Source: an uncultured virus (IMG/VR IMGVR_UViG_3300007231_000006)
Lineage: Duplodnaviria > Heunggongvirae > Uroviricota > Caudoviricetes
Length of the DNA stretch: 64,000 nt
Direction: 5' to 3' (one strand)
Virus record (IMG/VR): IMGVR_UViG_3300007231_000006
Positions 7,440 to 16,714 of the stretch are shown one piece after another. Each line of letters starts with the position of its first letter. Within the stretch, counting starts at the first letter, position 1. The notes beneath the pieces are model-generated. The model had not been told where the DNA came from, searched no databases, and saw only the letters and a list, made by a program, of their open reading frames with translations. The position numbers were made by a program, and so were the translations under genes.

Positions 7440-7685
7440 ATGAAGTTAGAAACAAACGCAAAGGCTATTAAGAAATTTTTTAACCGTTGGTTAGAGTTTA
7501 CTACCCTTGATATAAAGTCATGGGAATCAGTTAAGGCTGATTTAGAAAGCCAAAGGCTAGTGGTTGACTTCTTACGTAAAGACTTAAAAAAAGCTAACGC
7601 TCAGATTGATTTTTGCAGAAAGAAGATAAGAGTTTTAACTCAAGCTAAAAAAAACAACGAAAAGTCATTTGACATAATAGATTAA
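7440..7685 (+). CDS. Hypothetical coiled-coil protein
   Basis: 81 aa ORF. Confidence 0.6.
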   Translation: MKLETNAKAIKKFFNRWLEFTTLDIKSWESVKADLESQRLVVDFLRKDLKKANAQIDFCRKKIRVLTQAKKNNEKSFDIID

Positions 7686-7686
7686 C

Positions 7687-8163
7687 ATGAATATATTTTA
7701 TCTCCATGAAGACCCAAAAAAAGCAGCTGAATATCAGTATAACAAGCACGTTGTTAAAATGATCTTAGAATCAGCTCAGATGCTATGTACAGCTCATCAC
7801 TTGCTAGATGGACCTGATGCAGATGTGCCATACAAGATTGCTCACAAGAACCACCCGTCTACCGTGTGGGCAAGGCAGTCATCGCAGAATTACGCCTGGC
7901 TTTACTACCACATGGTAGCTCTAGGTGATGAGTACACGAAACGCTACGGTAAAACACATTTAACAATAAAAAAGTGTAAAGACAAACTTGCTAAGCTGCC
8001 TGGAGGTATATTCTACACAGGTTTTGAACAACCTCCACAGTGTATGCCAGAAGAATACAAAGACAATTGCAGTATAAAAGCCTACTGGAACTACTACATC
8101 GGCGACAAACATAGGGTGGCTAACAACAATGAAACCATTAAGACAAAGATGTATGAACGATAA
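7687..8163 (+). CDS. Pyrimidine-dimer DNA glycosylase/endonuclease V (DenV)-like protein
   Basis: MNIFYL..KHVVKMILESAQML..HKNHPSTVW..EYTKRYGKTH signature of this phage family. Confidence 0.75.
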   Translation: MNIFYLHEDPKKAAEYQYNKHVVKMILESAQMLCTAHHLLDGPDADVPYKIAHKNHPSTVWARQSSQNYAWLYYHMVALGDEYTKRYGKTHLTIKKCKDKLAKLPGGIFYTGFEQPPQCMPEEYKDNCSIKAYWNYYIGDKHRVANNNETIKTKMYER

Positions 8164-8279
8164 ACTAAAGAAAAGAATCAAGGATTTTAATGAATGTAAT
8201 TCTAAAAGAATTATTTTATGCACACTAAAACCGTTAGAGACTGTGACAACAGCCCCTAATAAGAATAAGTAACAGGCTT

Positions 8280-8903
8280 ATGTCACAATACGAAAGAAAT
8301 TTAGAGTTACTTAACACGATGCGGGTTGTCTACAATCGAGAACCTATCAGCGACGTGCCTACGGTAGAGAACAGCCAATACATGTTCTTCTCTGACGGTA
8401 CGCACGAATGCTACTCGTTGTTCAGAAGTAAAGCTAAAATTACTACGTATAAGTCTTTAAAGTGGCATTTATTAGTGCTCTGGTACTTAAACTCTGATCT
8501 AGATCGCGAAGAGTTTCTAAAGATAGTAGATGTATTATCAGAAAAACGCAATGGATTCGTTAGTTTTAGCGTTAACCTAGAGGTGTTAGACAGGATAGTC
8601 AAAGAGATTCACGCGTGTAACTTAAACATCGCGCCTAGAAACAAAATTAGAAAAGTAGTATTTAAAGCTAACTCAGGACTCACGAAAGAACAAAAACTAC
8701 GAATCGTCGGTGAGTTAATAGGTAGGGCTAAAAAGATTGATTCTAACGACATTTATTCAGTTATGATAGACTTACATGATAACGGGGAAAAGATCACAAT
8801 AGGACGCGTCTCTAGCATCCTAAACGTGTCTTCAAGAACAATACACAGGAACATGCCAGACGAACTCAAGAGAGAAAAAGAAATATTAAACAGAACATTA
8901 TAA
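8280..8903 (+). CDS. DNA-binding protein with C-terminal HTH
   Basis: KITIGRVSSILNVSSRTIHRNM helix-turn-helix. Confidence 0.6.
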   Translation: MSQYERNLELLNTMRVVYNREPISDVPTVENSQYMFFSDGTHECYSLFRSKAKITTYKSLKWHLLVLWYLNSDLDREEFLKIVDVLSEKRNGFVSFSVNLEVLDRIVKEIHACNLNIAPRNKIRKVVFKANSGLTKEQKLRIVGELIGRAKKIDSNDIYSVMIDLHDNGEKITIGRVSSILNVSSRTIHRNMPDELKREKEILNRTL

Positions 8904-8904
8904 A

Positions 8905-9183
8905 ATGCAAAATAGAAAAGTAAAAAACCACACGTTTGAATACGTTAAAAACGACAGTGAAGACGTTCACGACGAAATAGGTTTCTACCAATGTAGAGGC
9001 GCTATGTACTATGACGAAGATCACGACCAAGTTCCTGAACCTAGTCTATGGCAAGCCGCTATAGCGCTAGCAAAAGAATTACGAAAAGAAGGCTTTGAAG
9101 CAGAGCCTGAGCACTCAGAAAAAGGTTGGGTTGAGGTTTACGTGCTAACGTTACCAGAAAAAGAAAAAAACGAAATAGAATGA
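8905..9183 (+). CDS. Hypothetical protein
   Basis: 92 aa ORF. Confidence 0.7.
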   Translation: MQNRKVKNHTFEYVKNDSEDVHDEIGFYQCRGAMYYDEDHDQVPEPSLWQAAIALAKELRKEGFEAEPEHSEKGWVEVYVLTLPEKEKNEIE

Positions 9184-9968
9184 AGAATTATAATATACAA
9201 AACTACATCCGCTATAAAAACGATGTAGACCGAAGCGTAGGTAGGTTAGAAGGTAAGTTCTGGGACGAGTACAGTCGAGACGAACTGATAGTTAAGTTCT
9301 TGCCTCTAGTAGAAAATCTAGCAAGAAAGTTCTCTACAGCCCAACAAGCATCCGGTGTTATGGATATAACAGATATAATACAAGAAGGAAGCAAAGGCTT
9401 AGTACAAGCTGTTGACAAGATCAACTGGGAAGTGTTAATGGAATCAAACGATATAGAAAAAACAATCAAATCTTTCTTGTCTAAAAGGATAAAAGGCGCA
9501 ATAAGAAGAGGTATAGATATAAACAGAGGCACGATGCGGATACCTGAGCATAAGCTAAACGAAATAAGACAGGTAGATAAACTAGAAAAACAAACACCAA
9601 ATGAATACGACACACCAAATAGCAAGTCTGTTGAAGTTTTTTTTAATTCTATATTCCTCAGTCTTGATAAGCTAGTGGATGACGAATCAACTCAGTACGA
9701 CGTGCCTGAGCCTATAGAAGGCTACAACAAAGATCTTTTAAACTCTTACTTGATAGGTATATTAAAAACCCATTTAAACAACAAAGAATTTCAAGTTGTA
9801 AGATTAAGTTACGGCTTAGATTGCAAGAAGCATTCAGCGGTAGAAATAGCAAAAGAATTAAACATCAAGGGAGATAGCGCTTACGTGCGTGTTTCGCAGC
9901 TTAAAAGACAAGCAATCAATAAACTAATAAACACCGTAGATCACTCGCAAGTGGTTGACCTTCTATAA
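9180..9968 (+). CDS. Phage RNA polymerase sigma-70-family factor
   Basis: LPLVENLARKF, DIIQEGSKGLVQAVDK, IKGAIRRGI, TMRIPEH, region-4 HTH (EIAKEL..RVSQLKRQAINKL). Confidence 0.9.
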   Translation: MKNYNIQNYIRYKNDVDRSVGRLEGKFWDEYSRDELIVKFLPLVENLARKFSTAQQASGVMDITDIIQEGSKGLVQAVDKINWEVLMESNDIEKTIKSFLSKRIKGAIRRGIDINRGTMRIPEHKLNEIRQVDKLEKQTPNEYDTPNSKSVEVFFNSIFLSLDKLVDDESTQYDVPEPIEGYNKDLLNSYLIGILKTHLNNKEFQVVRLSYGLDCKKHSAVEIAKELNIKGDSAYVRVSQLKRQAINKLINTVDHSQVVDLL

Positions 9969-10004
9969 GTTACGGAGTGAAAATACTTAAAAACCTAAAA
10001 AAAT

Positions 10005-10020
10005 GTGTAATTATATATAT
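10005..10020 (+). promoter_or_regulatory. Putative middle/late promoter GTGTAATTATAT
   Basis: Similar GTGTRA + AT-rich elements upstream of operons at 40960 and 63640 (- strand). Confidence 0.35.
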
Positions 10021-10037
10021 ATAAACCAAACACCAAA

Positions 10038-10592
10038 ATGAAAGACTTAAACGAAAAACTGGCGCAAGTCCAGACAAAACTAAAAGCTAAAAAATCTAGC
10101 TACAATTCGTTTGGCAAATATTATTTCCGTAAAGCGGAAGATATTCTAGAGGCAACAAAGCCTTTTCTAGTCGAGTTAGGAATCACAGTCACGATTAAAG
10201 AATCGATCGTAATGACTGATCCTGTGCCAATACTCGAAACAACAGCAATTTTCTCGGATGGAGTAGATCAGATAACTGCAACAGCAGTGGTCGGTGTTGA
10301 CTTGTCTCAAAAAGGAATGCAAACGTCACAGCAGTTTGGCGCCGCATCATCTTATGGCAAGAAGTATGCCTTAGGCAACTTGTTTCTAATCGACGACACA
10401 GCAGATTCAGACTCCACAAACAAACACGGTAAAGATGCGCCGGCACCAAAGCAGAAAGTAGAAAAAACAGAATTAAAAGGAAATGATTTAGAAAAAGCAA
10501 AAGCATATATACAAGGTGGCGGCAATATTGAAGCTATTAAACAAAAATACAAACTCTCTCCTGAAATAGAAAGCGAGTTAACCAAGCTATGA
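10038..10592 (+). CDS. ERF-family single-strand annealing protein
   Basis: KSSYNSFGKYYFRKAEDILEA...GAASSYGKKYALGNLFLIDD.DSD. Confidence 0.85.
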   Translation: MKDLNEKLAQVQTKLKAKKSSYNSFGKYYFRKAEDILEATKPFLVELGITVTIKESIVMTDPVPILETTAIFSDGVDQITATAVVGVDLSQKGMQTSQQFGAASSYGKKYALGNLFLIDDTADSDSTNKHGKDAPAPKQKVEKTELKGNDLEKAKAYIQGGGNIEAIKQKYKLSPEIESELTKL

Positions 10593-11323
10593 ATAAAGAA
10601 ATATACGAGAGGTTAAAGAACGACGAGGATTACTACGGTAAGTTTGGTCAACAATTCTTAAGCAACTCAAACATAAGCACACTGTTAAAAAACCCATTAC
10701 AATTACATGAACCAACTCCAAGCATACCAGCATTTTTAGTCGGTGGATACTTCCACACAGCTATACTAGAACCAGACAAACTAAAGTCTTTTAAAATAGT
10801 TGAGGCTACCTCAAGAAACACAAAAGCATACAAAGAGATATCTAACGGAGAACTCTGCTTGCTTCAACACGAGGTAGACAAGATCGAGGTCATGACCAAG
10901 AAGCTTTTAGAAAACAACATATGTAGAGACCTAATACAACCTTTACTGGGTAACGTAGAGTACGAACAACCATCAGTAACAAAGCTCTTTAATAACATGT
11001 GGAAAGGCAAGGCAGACATAGTTAATCACGATGAAAAACTAGTGATTGACTTAAAGACAACGGCTGATATAGATAAATTCAGGTGGTCTGCTTCTAAATA
11101 CAACTACGACAGTCAGGCTTATATATACCGAAAGTTATTCGGTTACGATATGCTTTTCATAGCAATGGACAAAAGTACTAATCAAATAGGCTTGTTCGAA
11201 TGCTCTTCTGAGTTTTATAGATCAGGAGAAAGAAAAGTAGAGAAAGCAAGCGAAGTATATGATTTATTTTTTAAAACAGAAAACTTCGACCACAAACAAC
11301 ACTTAATCACATCCACGTTATAA
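10589..11323 (+). CDS. PD-(D/E)XK exonuclease (RecE/ExoVIII-like)
   Basis: LSNSNI, GGYFHTAILEP, KGKAD, IDLKTT, YDSQAYIY; next to ERF. Confidence 0.8.
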   Translation: MNKEIYERLKNDEDYYGKFGQQFLSNSNISTLLKNPLQLHEPTPSIPAFLVGGYFHTAILEPDKLKSFKIVEATSRNTKAYKEISNGELCLLQHEVDKIEVMTKKLLENNICRDLIQPLLGNVEYEQPSVTKLFNNMWKGKADIVNHDEKLVIDLKTTADIDKFRWSASKYNYDSQAYIYRKLFGYDMLFIAMDKSTNQIGLFECSSEFYRSGERKVEKASEVYDLFFKTENFDHKQHLITSTL

Positions 11324-11346
11324 ATACGAACACAAACAGATAATAA
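11315..11346 (+). promoter_or_regulatory. Early promoter-like motif, copy 9
   Basis: ACGTTATAAATACGAACACAAACAGATAATAA; ATG at 11351. Confidence 0.7.
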
Positions 11347-11350
11347 AAAT

Positions 11351-11590
11351 ATGAAAAACCTTTTTAAAACCAAAGCCCAGAGAGCGCAAGCCATGGCAAA
11401 AGCAGTTCCTATGAAGATCTGTAGAATATCAGGCAAGAAGTTTCCTGCAACAATAAACAACTTCTACCACAATAGGTCTTATCCAGACAAGTTCCATCCG
11501 TACCATAAAAGCTTTGACAACTTTAGACGAACAACCGGAGCGTCTGTAGACCAATGTAGAAACCTAGTAAACTTAGTAAATTCAAAATAA
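11351..11590 (+). CDS. Small basic protein, degenerate Zn-ribbon-like
   Basis: KICRISGKKFPATINNFY. Confidence 0.6.
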   Translation: MKNLFKTKAQRAQAMAKAVPMKICRISGKKFPATINNFYHNRSYPDKFHPYHKSFDNFRRTTGASVDQCRNLVNLVNSK

Positions 11591-11902
11591 ATGGCAAGTA
11601 TAATTAAAACAAGTATCAACTTAAACGATCTTCCTAAAGACAAGCTTATCAAAGGCAAGAAAGGTCTTTATTTACCTATAACTATAACCCTCAACGACGA
11701 GGTCGACCAGTTCGGTAACCAAGGTCCCGTCTGTGTAGATCAGTCTAAAGAAGAGCGCGAGGCTAAAAACCCTAAAACGTACTTGGGTAACGTGAAAGTT
11801 GTATGGACAAACGGAGACAACGTAAGTCCTGCACCAAGAGAAGGAGGCCAAGAGGCGCCAGTTAACCAACCTAAACAAGATAATGTAGACTTACCATTCT
11901 AA
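11591..11902 (+). CDS. Single-stranded DNA-binding protein (putative)
   Basis: Beta-rich core, flexible linker, C-terminal DLPF tail; immediately upstream of primase-helicase. Confidence 0.65.
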   Translation: MASIIKTSINLNDLPKDKLIKGKKGLYLPITITLNDEVDQFGNQGPVCVDQSKEEREAKNPKTYLGNVKVVWTNGDNVSPAPREGGQEAPVNQPKQDNVDLPF

Positions 11903-13618
11903 ATGAACGTACAAGACAAAGAGATCAATGGATTTGTGATTGAGAAATTCAATCAACACGAGCTAGACGCAGGCGCGACGCAGGGGATTTGTCCCCTGTG
12001 TTCGTCTGGTAGGCAACCCAAGAACCAGAAAGCAAAATGTGCTTCCTACGACTGGGAACGTGGTCTCGGAACTTGTCACAACTGTGATACTAGCTTTCAG
12101 CTTAACACTTATGAAAGGAAAGGTTCAAGCGAAAAGGTCTACGTAAGACCTGACGTAAAACCCTTAAACGACGTAAGCACAAAAGTTGAAGGATGGTTTG
12201 AATCAAGGGGCATCTCAAAGAAAACACTTATGGATCTTCGCGTAAGCGAGGGTTCAGAGTGGATGCCTCAAACAGGACAACCCGAGAACACTATTCACTT
12301 TAACTACTATGTAGGTGAACAGTTAATCAACGTGAAATACAGAGACGGCAGAAAAAACTTTAAGTTATTTAAAGGCGCTGAAAAAGTATTTTACAACATA
12401 GACGCCACGGTCGGATACGACTGGTGTGTTGTTACTGAAGGAGAAATGGATGTGCTAGCATTGCATGAGGCTGGAGTTAAAAACGCTATCTCGGTTCCTA
12501 ATGGAGCTACGTTAAACTCTAACAACTTAGACTATCTAGACAACTGTATAGACTACTTTGAAGACAAAACAAAGATAGTATTAGCCTTAGACACAGACGA
12601 GGCTGGTCAAGCTTTAAAACAAGAGTTTATAAGAAGGCTAGGCGCTGAGGTTTGTTACTTAGTAGACTTCGACGCGTGTAAAGATGCTAACGAGTATCTC
12701 CAAGAGCACGGTATAGCTAAACTAAAGTCTGTTATATCCTCAGCAACTCAAGTGCCTTTAGAAGGCGTTTCAACGCTGTATGATATAGAAGATGAATTAA
12801 AAGACTTTGTTAAAAATGGTTTCAAGCCAGGTTTTCAAGTAGGTCTACCTAACTTTGATTCAATATTCAGCACTTACACAGGGCAGTTTATAACTGTTAC
12901 AGGTATACCTTCGTCAGGCAAGTCTGATTTTGTAGATCAAATGGTAATAGGCTACAACGCTAACTATGGTTGGAAGACGGCTTTCGCATCTCCTGAGAAC
13001 CACCCTACATACCTTCATGCTCACAAGTTAATGCGTAAGACCTGGCAAGACATGCCTAGACCTGATGACATAGGTACACAGCAATGGAACAAAGTAGCAG
13101 ATCATGTTAATGATAACTACTTCTTTATTGACATGGATCGATACACATTAGACGCAGTTCTACGTAAGGGCGCTGAGCTAGTAAAAAGAAAAGGTATAAA
13201 ATGTCTGGTTATAGATCCTTTTAATAAAGTAAGAGACACGGAGTGTAAAACAGAAGACGTGAATAGATACACGATGGAGTATCTTACTAAGATTGAGATT
13301 TTCGCTAAGAAGTATGACGTGCTTGTATTTATTGTGGCTCACCCCACTAAAATGTACAAAGATAAAGATGGTAAGATCGAGGAACCAACGATGTACAATA
13401 TTAAGGGTGGTGGTGAGTGGTACGATGCTAGCTACCATGGTCTTTTAATACACAGGGACTACGAGGCAAAAACCGTAAAAGCTAAAGTGCTAAAGGTTAA
13501 GTTTCAAAACCTAGGCGAGAATGGCGCAGAAGCACATTTTACGTGGGAACCTAGATCAGGCTGCTTCTTACCCAGTATTGCTGACATGGAAAGTAAAGAG
13601 TCTATGCCATGGGAATGA
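11903..13618 (+). CDS. Primase-helicase (T7 gp4/Twinkle-like)
   Basis: CPLC..CHNC zinc finger, TOPRIM EGEMD and DTDEAG, Walker A GIPSSGKS, VIDP, VAHPTK. Confidence 0.92.
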   Translation: MNVQDKEINGFVIEKFNQHELDAGATQGICPLCSSGRQPKNQKAKCASYDWERGLGTCHNCDTSFQLNTYERKGSSEKVYVRPDVKPLNDVSTKVEGWFESRGISKKTLMDLRVSEGSEWMPQTGQPENTIHFNYYVGEQLINVKYRDGRKNFKLFKGAEKVFYNIDATVGYDWCVVTEGEMDVLALHEAGVKNAISVPNGATLNSNNLDYLDNCIDYFEDKTKIVLALDTDEAGQALKQEFIRRLGAEVCYLVDFDACKDANEYLQEHGIAKLKSVISSATQVPLEGVSTLYDIEDELKDFVKNGFKPGFQVGLPNFDSIFSTYTGQFITVTGIPSSGKSDFVDQMVIGYNANYGWKTAFASPENHPTYLHAHKLMRKTWQDMPRPDDIGTQQWNKVADHVNDNYFFIDMDRYTLDAVLRKGAELVKRKGIKCLVIDPFNKVRDTECKTEDVNRYTMEYLTKIEIFAKKYDVLVFIVAHPTKMYKDKDGKIEEPTMYNIKGGGEWYDASYHGLLIHRDYEAKTVKAKVLKVKFQNLGENGAEAHFTWEPRSGCFLPSIADMESKESMPWE

Positions 13619-13890
13619 GCAAGCTAAGAAAAACAAAGCTAAAGAAAAACGCAGGAAGATCAGCAGGTACCTACTCTTATACAGAAGCACAAATAAAGCA
13701 CGTGCGGTGGTGCATGAAAAACGGCATATCCGTGTCTATGAACCCTGACTGGAAGACTCCAGATGGATGGTATATAGAGATAAAAATGAAAGACAGTATC
13801 CATATCGACCCCAAATCCTATCTAGCCGAAGAAGCATTTGAAAAGCTATACGAATACTATAAATACTACTACAATAAATATGAAAAATAG
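13609..13890 (+). CDS. Hypothetical protein
   Basis: 93 aa ORF tiling with neighbours. Confidence 0.65.
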   Translation: MGMSKLRKTKLKKNAGRSAGTYSYTEAQIKHVRWCMKNGISVSMNPDWKTPDGWYIEIKMKDSIHIDPKSYLAEEAFEKLYEYYKYYYNKYEK

Positions 13891-14524
13891 ATTTTACAAC
13901 GCAGACTCTGCTTTCAGTTATTTTTTAAACGAGATCAGACGTAATGGTATAGAGTTTGGTGATACTAAAGCTTTATTCAATGTAGGTTTTACTATGGAAC
14001 ATCCACGTGATATGTTTATACTAAACACAGAACGTAAGTGGAACAGAGAGTACGCTGAAGCTGAATGGAAATGGTATTTGTCAGGTGATCGCAACATACG
14101 TAAGTTAGGCGACTTGTACGGCAAAGTACCACCAATATGGACGCGTATGGCTGATGAAGATGGTAATGTTAACTCTAACTACGGTTGGCAGTGGAAACGC
14201 AACGATCAACTTCAAAAGGTTATAGATATGCTTTCAGATGAAAACACTAGACAAGCGGCTATAAGTATATACGACGGTAAAGAAATACACGCGTATGACA
14301 ACGATACACCATGCACTTATGCTGTCCAGTTTACAGTGATGCCTAAAACTAGAAAGCTCAACATGGCTGTAGTTATGAGGTCAAACGATTTATGGTTTGG
14401 TTTCTGCAACGATCAGTATTGTTTTGCTAGCTTACAAATGCTTGTAGCATACGAGCTAGGTATTGACTGTGGTGAGTATTACCATTACGCACATAATTTA
14501 CATTTATACAACAACAAACTATGA
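13880..14524 (+). CDS. Thymidylate-synthase-superfamily enzyme, T4 gp42-like dCMP hydroxymethylase/methylase (start ATG 13880)
   Basis: NSNYGW, PCT catalytic Cys, MRSNDLWFGFCND with Asp at the ThyA N177 position, NLHLY. Confidence 0.75.
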   Translation: MKNRFYNADSAFSYFLNEIRRNGIEFGDTKALFNVGFTMEHPRDMFILNTERKWNREYAEAEWKWYLSGDRNIRKLGDLYGKVPPIWTRMADEDGNVNSNYGWQWKRNDQLQKVIDMLSDENTRQAAISIYDGKEIHAYDNDTPCTYAVQFTVMPKTRKLNMAVVMRSNDLWFGFCNDQYCFASLQMLVAYELGIDCGEYYHYAHNLHLYNNKL

Positions 14525-14874
14525 AAAAAACATTAATAATAGCTTTTACGTTAGCGTGCTCCATGCTGACGGCCCAAGACACTATATGTGTTATGGTTAC
14601 ACTAAACGAGGTTATAAAGTTTGATTACTATACCTCAGAAGTCATTGAAAGCTTTGAATCAACAGGCGATATAACTTTTACAGTGGCTGACAACCAGGTT
14701 TTATGCTTACATCTTTATGACGGTAAAAGAAGGTTTCGAGGCCTAACAATTACATCTTCAGACGGGTATGTTTCAGATTTAGACGGTGTCTCATCTAAAG
14801 ATCAAGTTTATTACACTTTAGAAGACTTCAACGTAGAAAGCGTAAAAGTATCTAAGTCAAGACGAAACCGATGA
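14521..14874 (+). CDS. Exported protein with signal peptide
   Basis: MKKTLIIAFTLACSMLTA-QD. Confidence 0.65.
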   Translation: MKKTLIIAFTLACSMLTAQDTICVMVTLNEVIKFDYYTSEVIESFESTGDITFTVADNQVLCLHLYDGKRRFRGLTITSSDGYVSDLDGVSSKDQVYYTLEDFNVESVKVSKSRRNR

Positions 14875-15806
14875 CCTACTGCATATATCACATACCGGGA
14901 AAAAAGATCGGTGTAACCAATAACCCTCAAGAGAGAATAACAAACCAACAAGGATATGAAGAACACGAATATGAAATACTAGAAATGTCTGATGATATAA
15001 GTTATATATCACGGAAAGAAATAGAACTACAAAAAAAATACGGTTACAAGGTAGATACTACACCGTATGAAGACTTAATTTTTAACAACCACAAAAACAA
15101 AAACCATAAAAAAGAAATGAATATAAATGTAACAGAGCAAACCACAACGTTTCCTTATCCTGTAAACAAACTTAAAGGGCATTTAATGGATGCTATAGGT
15201 ATGAGATGGGAAACTCCTCACGGCTTGTTTTCTTTGTCAACACATTCCGTGCAATGGATAATGAACAACGTGAAAGTCTCCTCTTTCCGCGAGAACAGAA
15301 GCTACATCTACAACAAGTCTATGGCGCGGTACTACAGCTTAGATCCCATGCGTTCAATTGCTCCACACTTTAACCAAGCAGAAAGATGCAAAGAAGCCCC
15401 CTTAGACGTCCAGGCAGCGTGTGGACCCGATTGTGAATGCACAGGCTCTGCAGATGACTGGAAGTGGCATCACGAGGCCGAGAGCCGATTCGCAAACACC
15501 AAACACGACTATGTCATGTTCAACGAGATTAGAGCTTGGGCGCAAGAGAGAGGGTTGTACGCAAAAGGCGATGCTAAAACCCAGTACTTAAAACTAATTG
15601 AAGAGGCAGGTGAGTTAGGCAGGGCAATACTTAAAAACGATCTAGCTGAACAAGAAGACGCGATCGGCGATATGGTTGTAGTTTTAGTAAACCTATCGGA
15701 GCTTATTGACATCCCTATAGAGCAATGCATAGAGTCGGCTTATGATGTTATATCAAAAAGAACAGGTAAAATGATTAACGGAACATTTGTGAAAGATGAA
15801 AAGTAA
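14871..15806 (+). CDS. MazG-like NTP pyrophosphohydrolase with N-terminal GIY-YIG-like region
   Basis: KLIEEAGEL..DAIGDMVVVL..AYDVISKRTGKMINGTFVK; N-term YCIYHIPGKKIGVT..R. Confidence 0.75.
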   Translation: MTYCIYHIPGKKIGVTNNPQERITNQQGYEEHEYEILEMSDDISYISRKEIELQKKYGYKVDTTPYEDLIFNNHKNKNHKKEMNINVTEQTTTFPYPVNKLKGHLMDAIGMRWETPHGLFSLSTHSVQWIMNNVKVSSFRENRSYIYNKSMARYYSLDPMRSIAPHFNQAERCKEAPLDVQAACGPDCECTGSADDWKWHHEAESRFANTKHDYVMFNEIRAWAQERGLYAKGDAKTQYLKLIEEAGELGRAILKNDLAEQEDAIGDMVVVLVNLSELIDIPIEQCIESAYDVISKRTGKMINGTFVKDEK

Positions 15807-16107
15807 AAATATACAATTCAGAGACCCTGTAGTAGAAAGGGTTGTAGATAAGTTTGTGTCAAGGTCTGACTTAGGTTTTGCTAAATACGGTAGAACTTTA
15901 GACAGCGAACGAACAGAGAAGCTAAAAGGTTTAATAGGATATCTAACAGACGTACAAGAAGAGCTTATGGATGCTATATTGTATATTCAGTCTGCTAGAG
16001 AGGAACTCTTAGACCAACAAGAAGCATCTGAACAAGCTAGGATGGACATAATAGGCCGCAATGGCAATGATGGTATTCATTACTCAGCTGAGCTAGGCTC
16101 TGACTAA
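15796..16107 (+). CDS. All-alpha NTP pyrophosphatase-like protein
   Basis: RSDLGFAKYG..L....EELMDAILYI. Confidence 0.55.
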   Translation: MKSKNIQFRDPVVERVVDKFVSRSDLGFAKYGRTLDSERTEKLKGLIGYLTDVQEELMDAILYIQSAREELLDQQEASEQARMDIIGRNGNDGIHYSAELGSD

Positions 16108-16571
16108 TGGGAAAAGGCAAAACACATAAAACCAAAAGTAGAAAAAGAGGTCCAGTGAGGTCTAAGAAGGTTGTCCTTGACGGGATAACCTTCGCCTCGG
16201 GTCTTGAGAAATATATGTATCTTGCTTTAAAAAAAGCTCATATTAAATCTGAGTATGAGGGCGAGACGTTTATTCTACAAGAAGGATTTGATTTTGACAT
16301 GGAGTCTTACGAGAGACAAGCTAATGGAAAAGGTTATTTTGCTAACCGAGGAGAAAAGAAAATACTACCTATCAAGTATACTCCAGACTTCATCGGCGAA
16401 GACTTTATAATAGAAACGAAAGGAAGGGCTAACGACAGCTTCCCTCTTAGATGGAAAATGTTCAAGCAACAGGTTAATAAAACAAGATCGCATGTGACTT
16501 TATATAAACCTCAAAACCAAAAAGAATGCGATGAGGTTATACAGATAATATTAAACAAAAGAAAAAAATGA
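16107..16571 (+). CDS. Endonuclease I-like (T7 gp3 type) PD-(D/E)XK nuclease/resolvase
   Basis: FASGLE..YE..YTPDF..IIETKG. Confidence 0.75.
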   Translation: MGKGKTHKTKSRKRGPVRSKKVVLDGITFASGLEKYMYLALKKAHIKSEYEGETFILQEGFDFDMESYERQANGKGYFANRGEKKILPIKYTPDFIGEDFIIETKGRANDSFPLRWKMFKQQVNKTRSHVTLYKPQNQKECDEVIQIILNKRKK

Positions 16572-16714
16572 AAAGAAATTGGGAAGTAAGTTTAGGTTTT
16601 TACCCAGGCATCCTGCTTGGGTTTAGATCTTACGAAATGGAAGAGGTTGTGAACCACGTGTTATACGTGCCGTTTATGGACGTTTGTTTAACTTTAGAAA
16701 AGCAAGGCAAATGA
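16568..16714 (+). CDS. Small hypothetical protein, 48 aa
   Basis: MKRNWEVSLGFYPGILLGFRSY...; ATGA overlaps at both ends. Confidence 0.6.
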   Translation: MKRNWEVSLGFYPGILLGFRSYEMEEVVNHVLYVPFMDVCLTLEKQGK

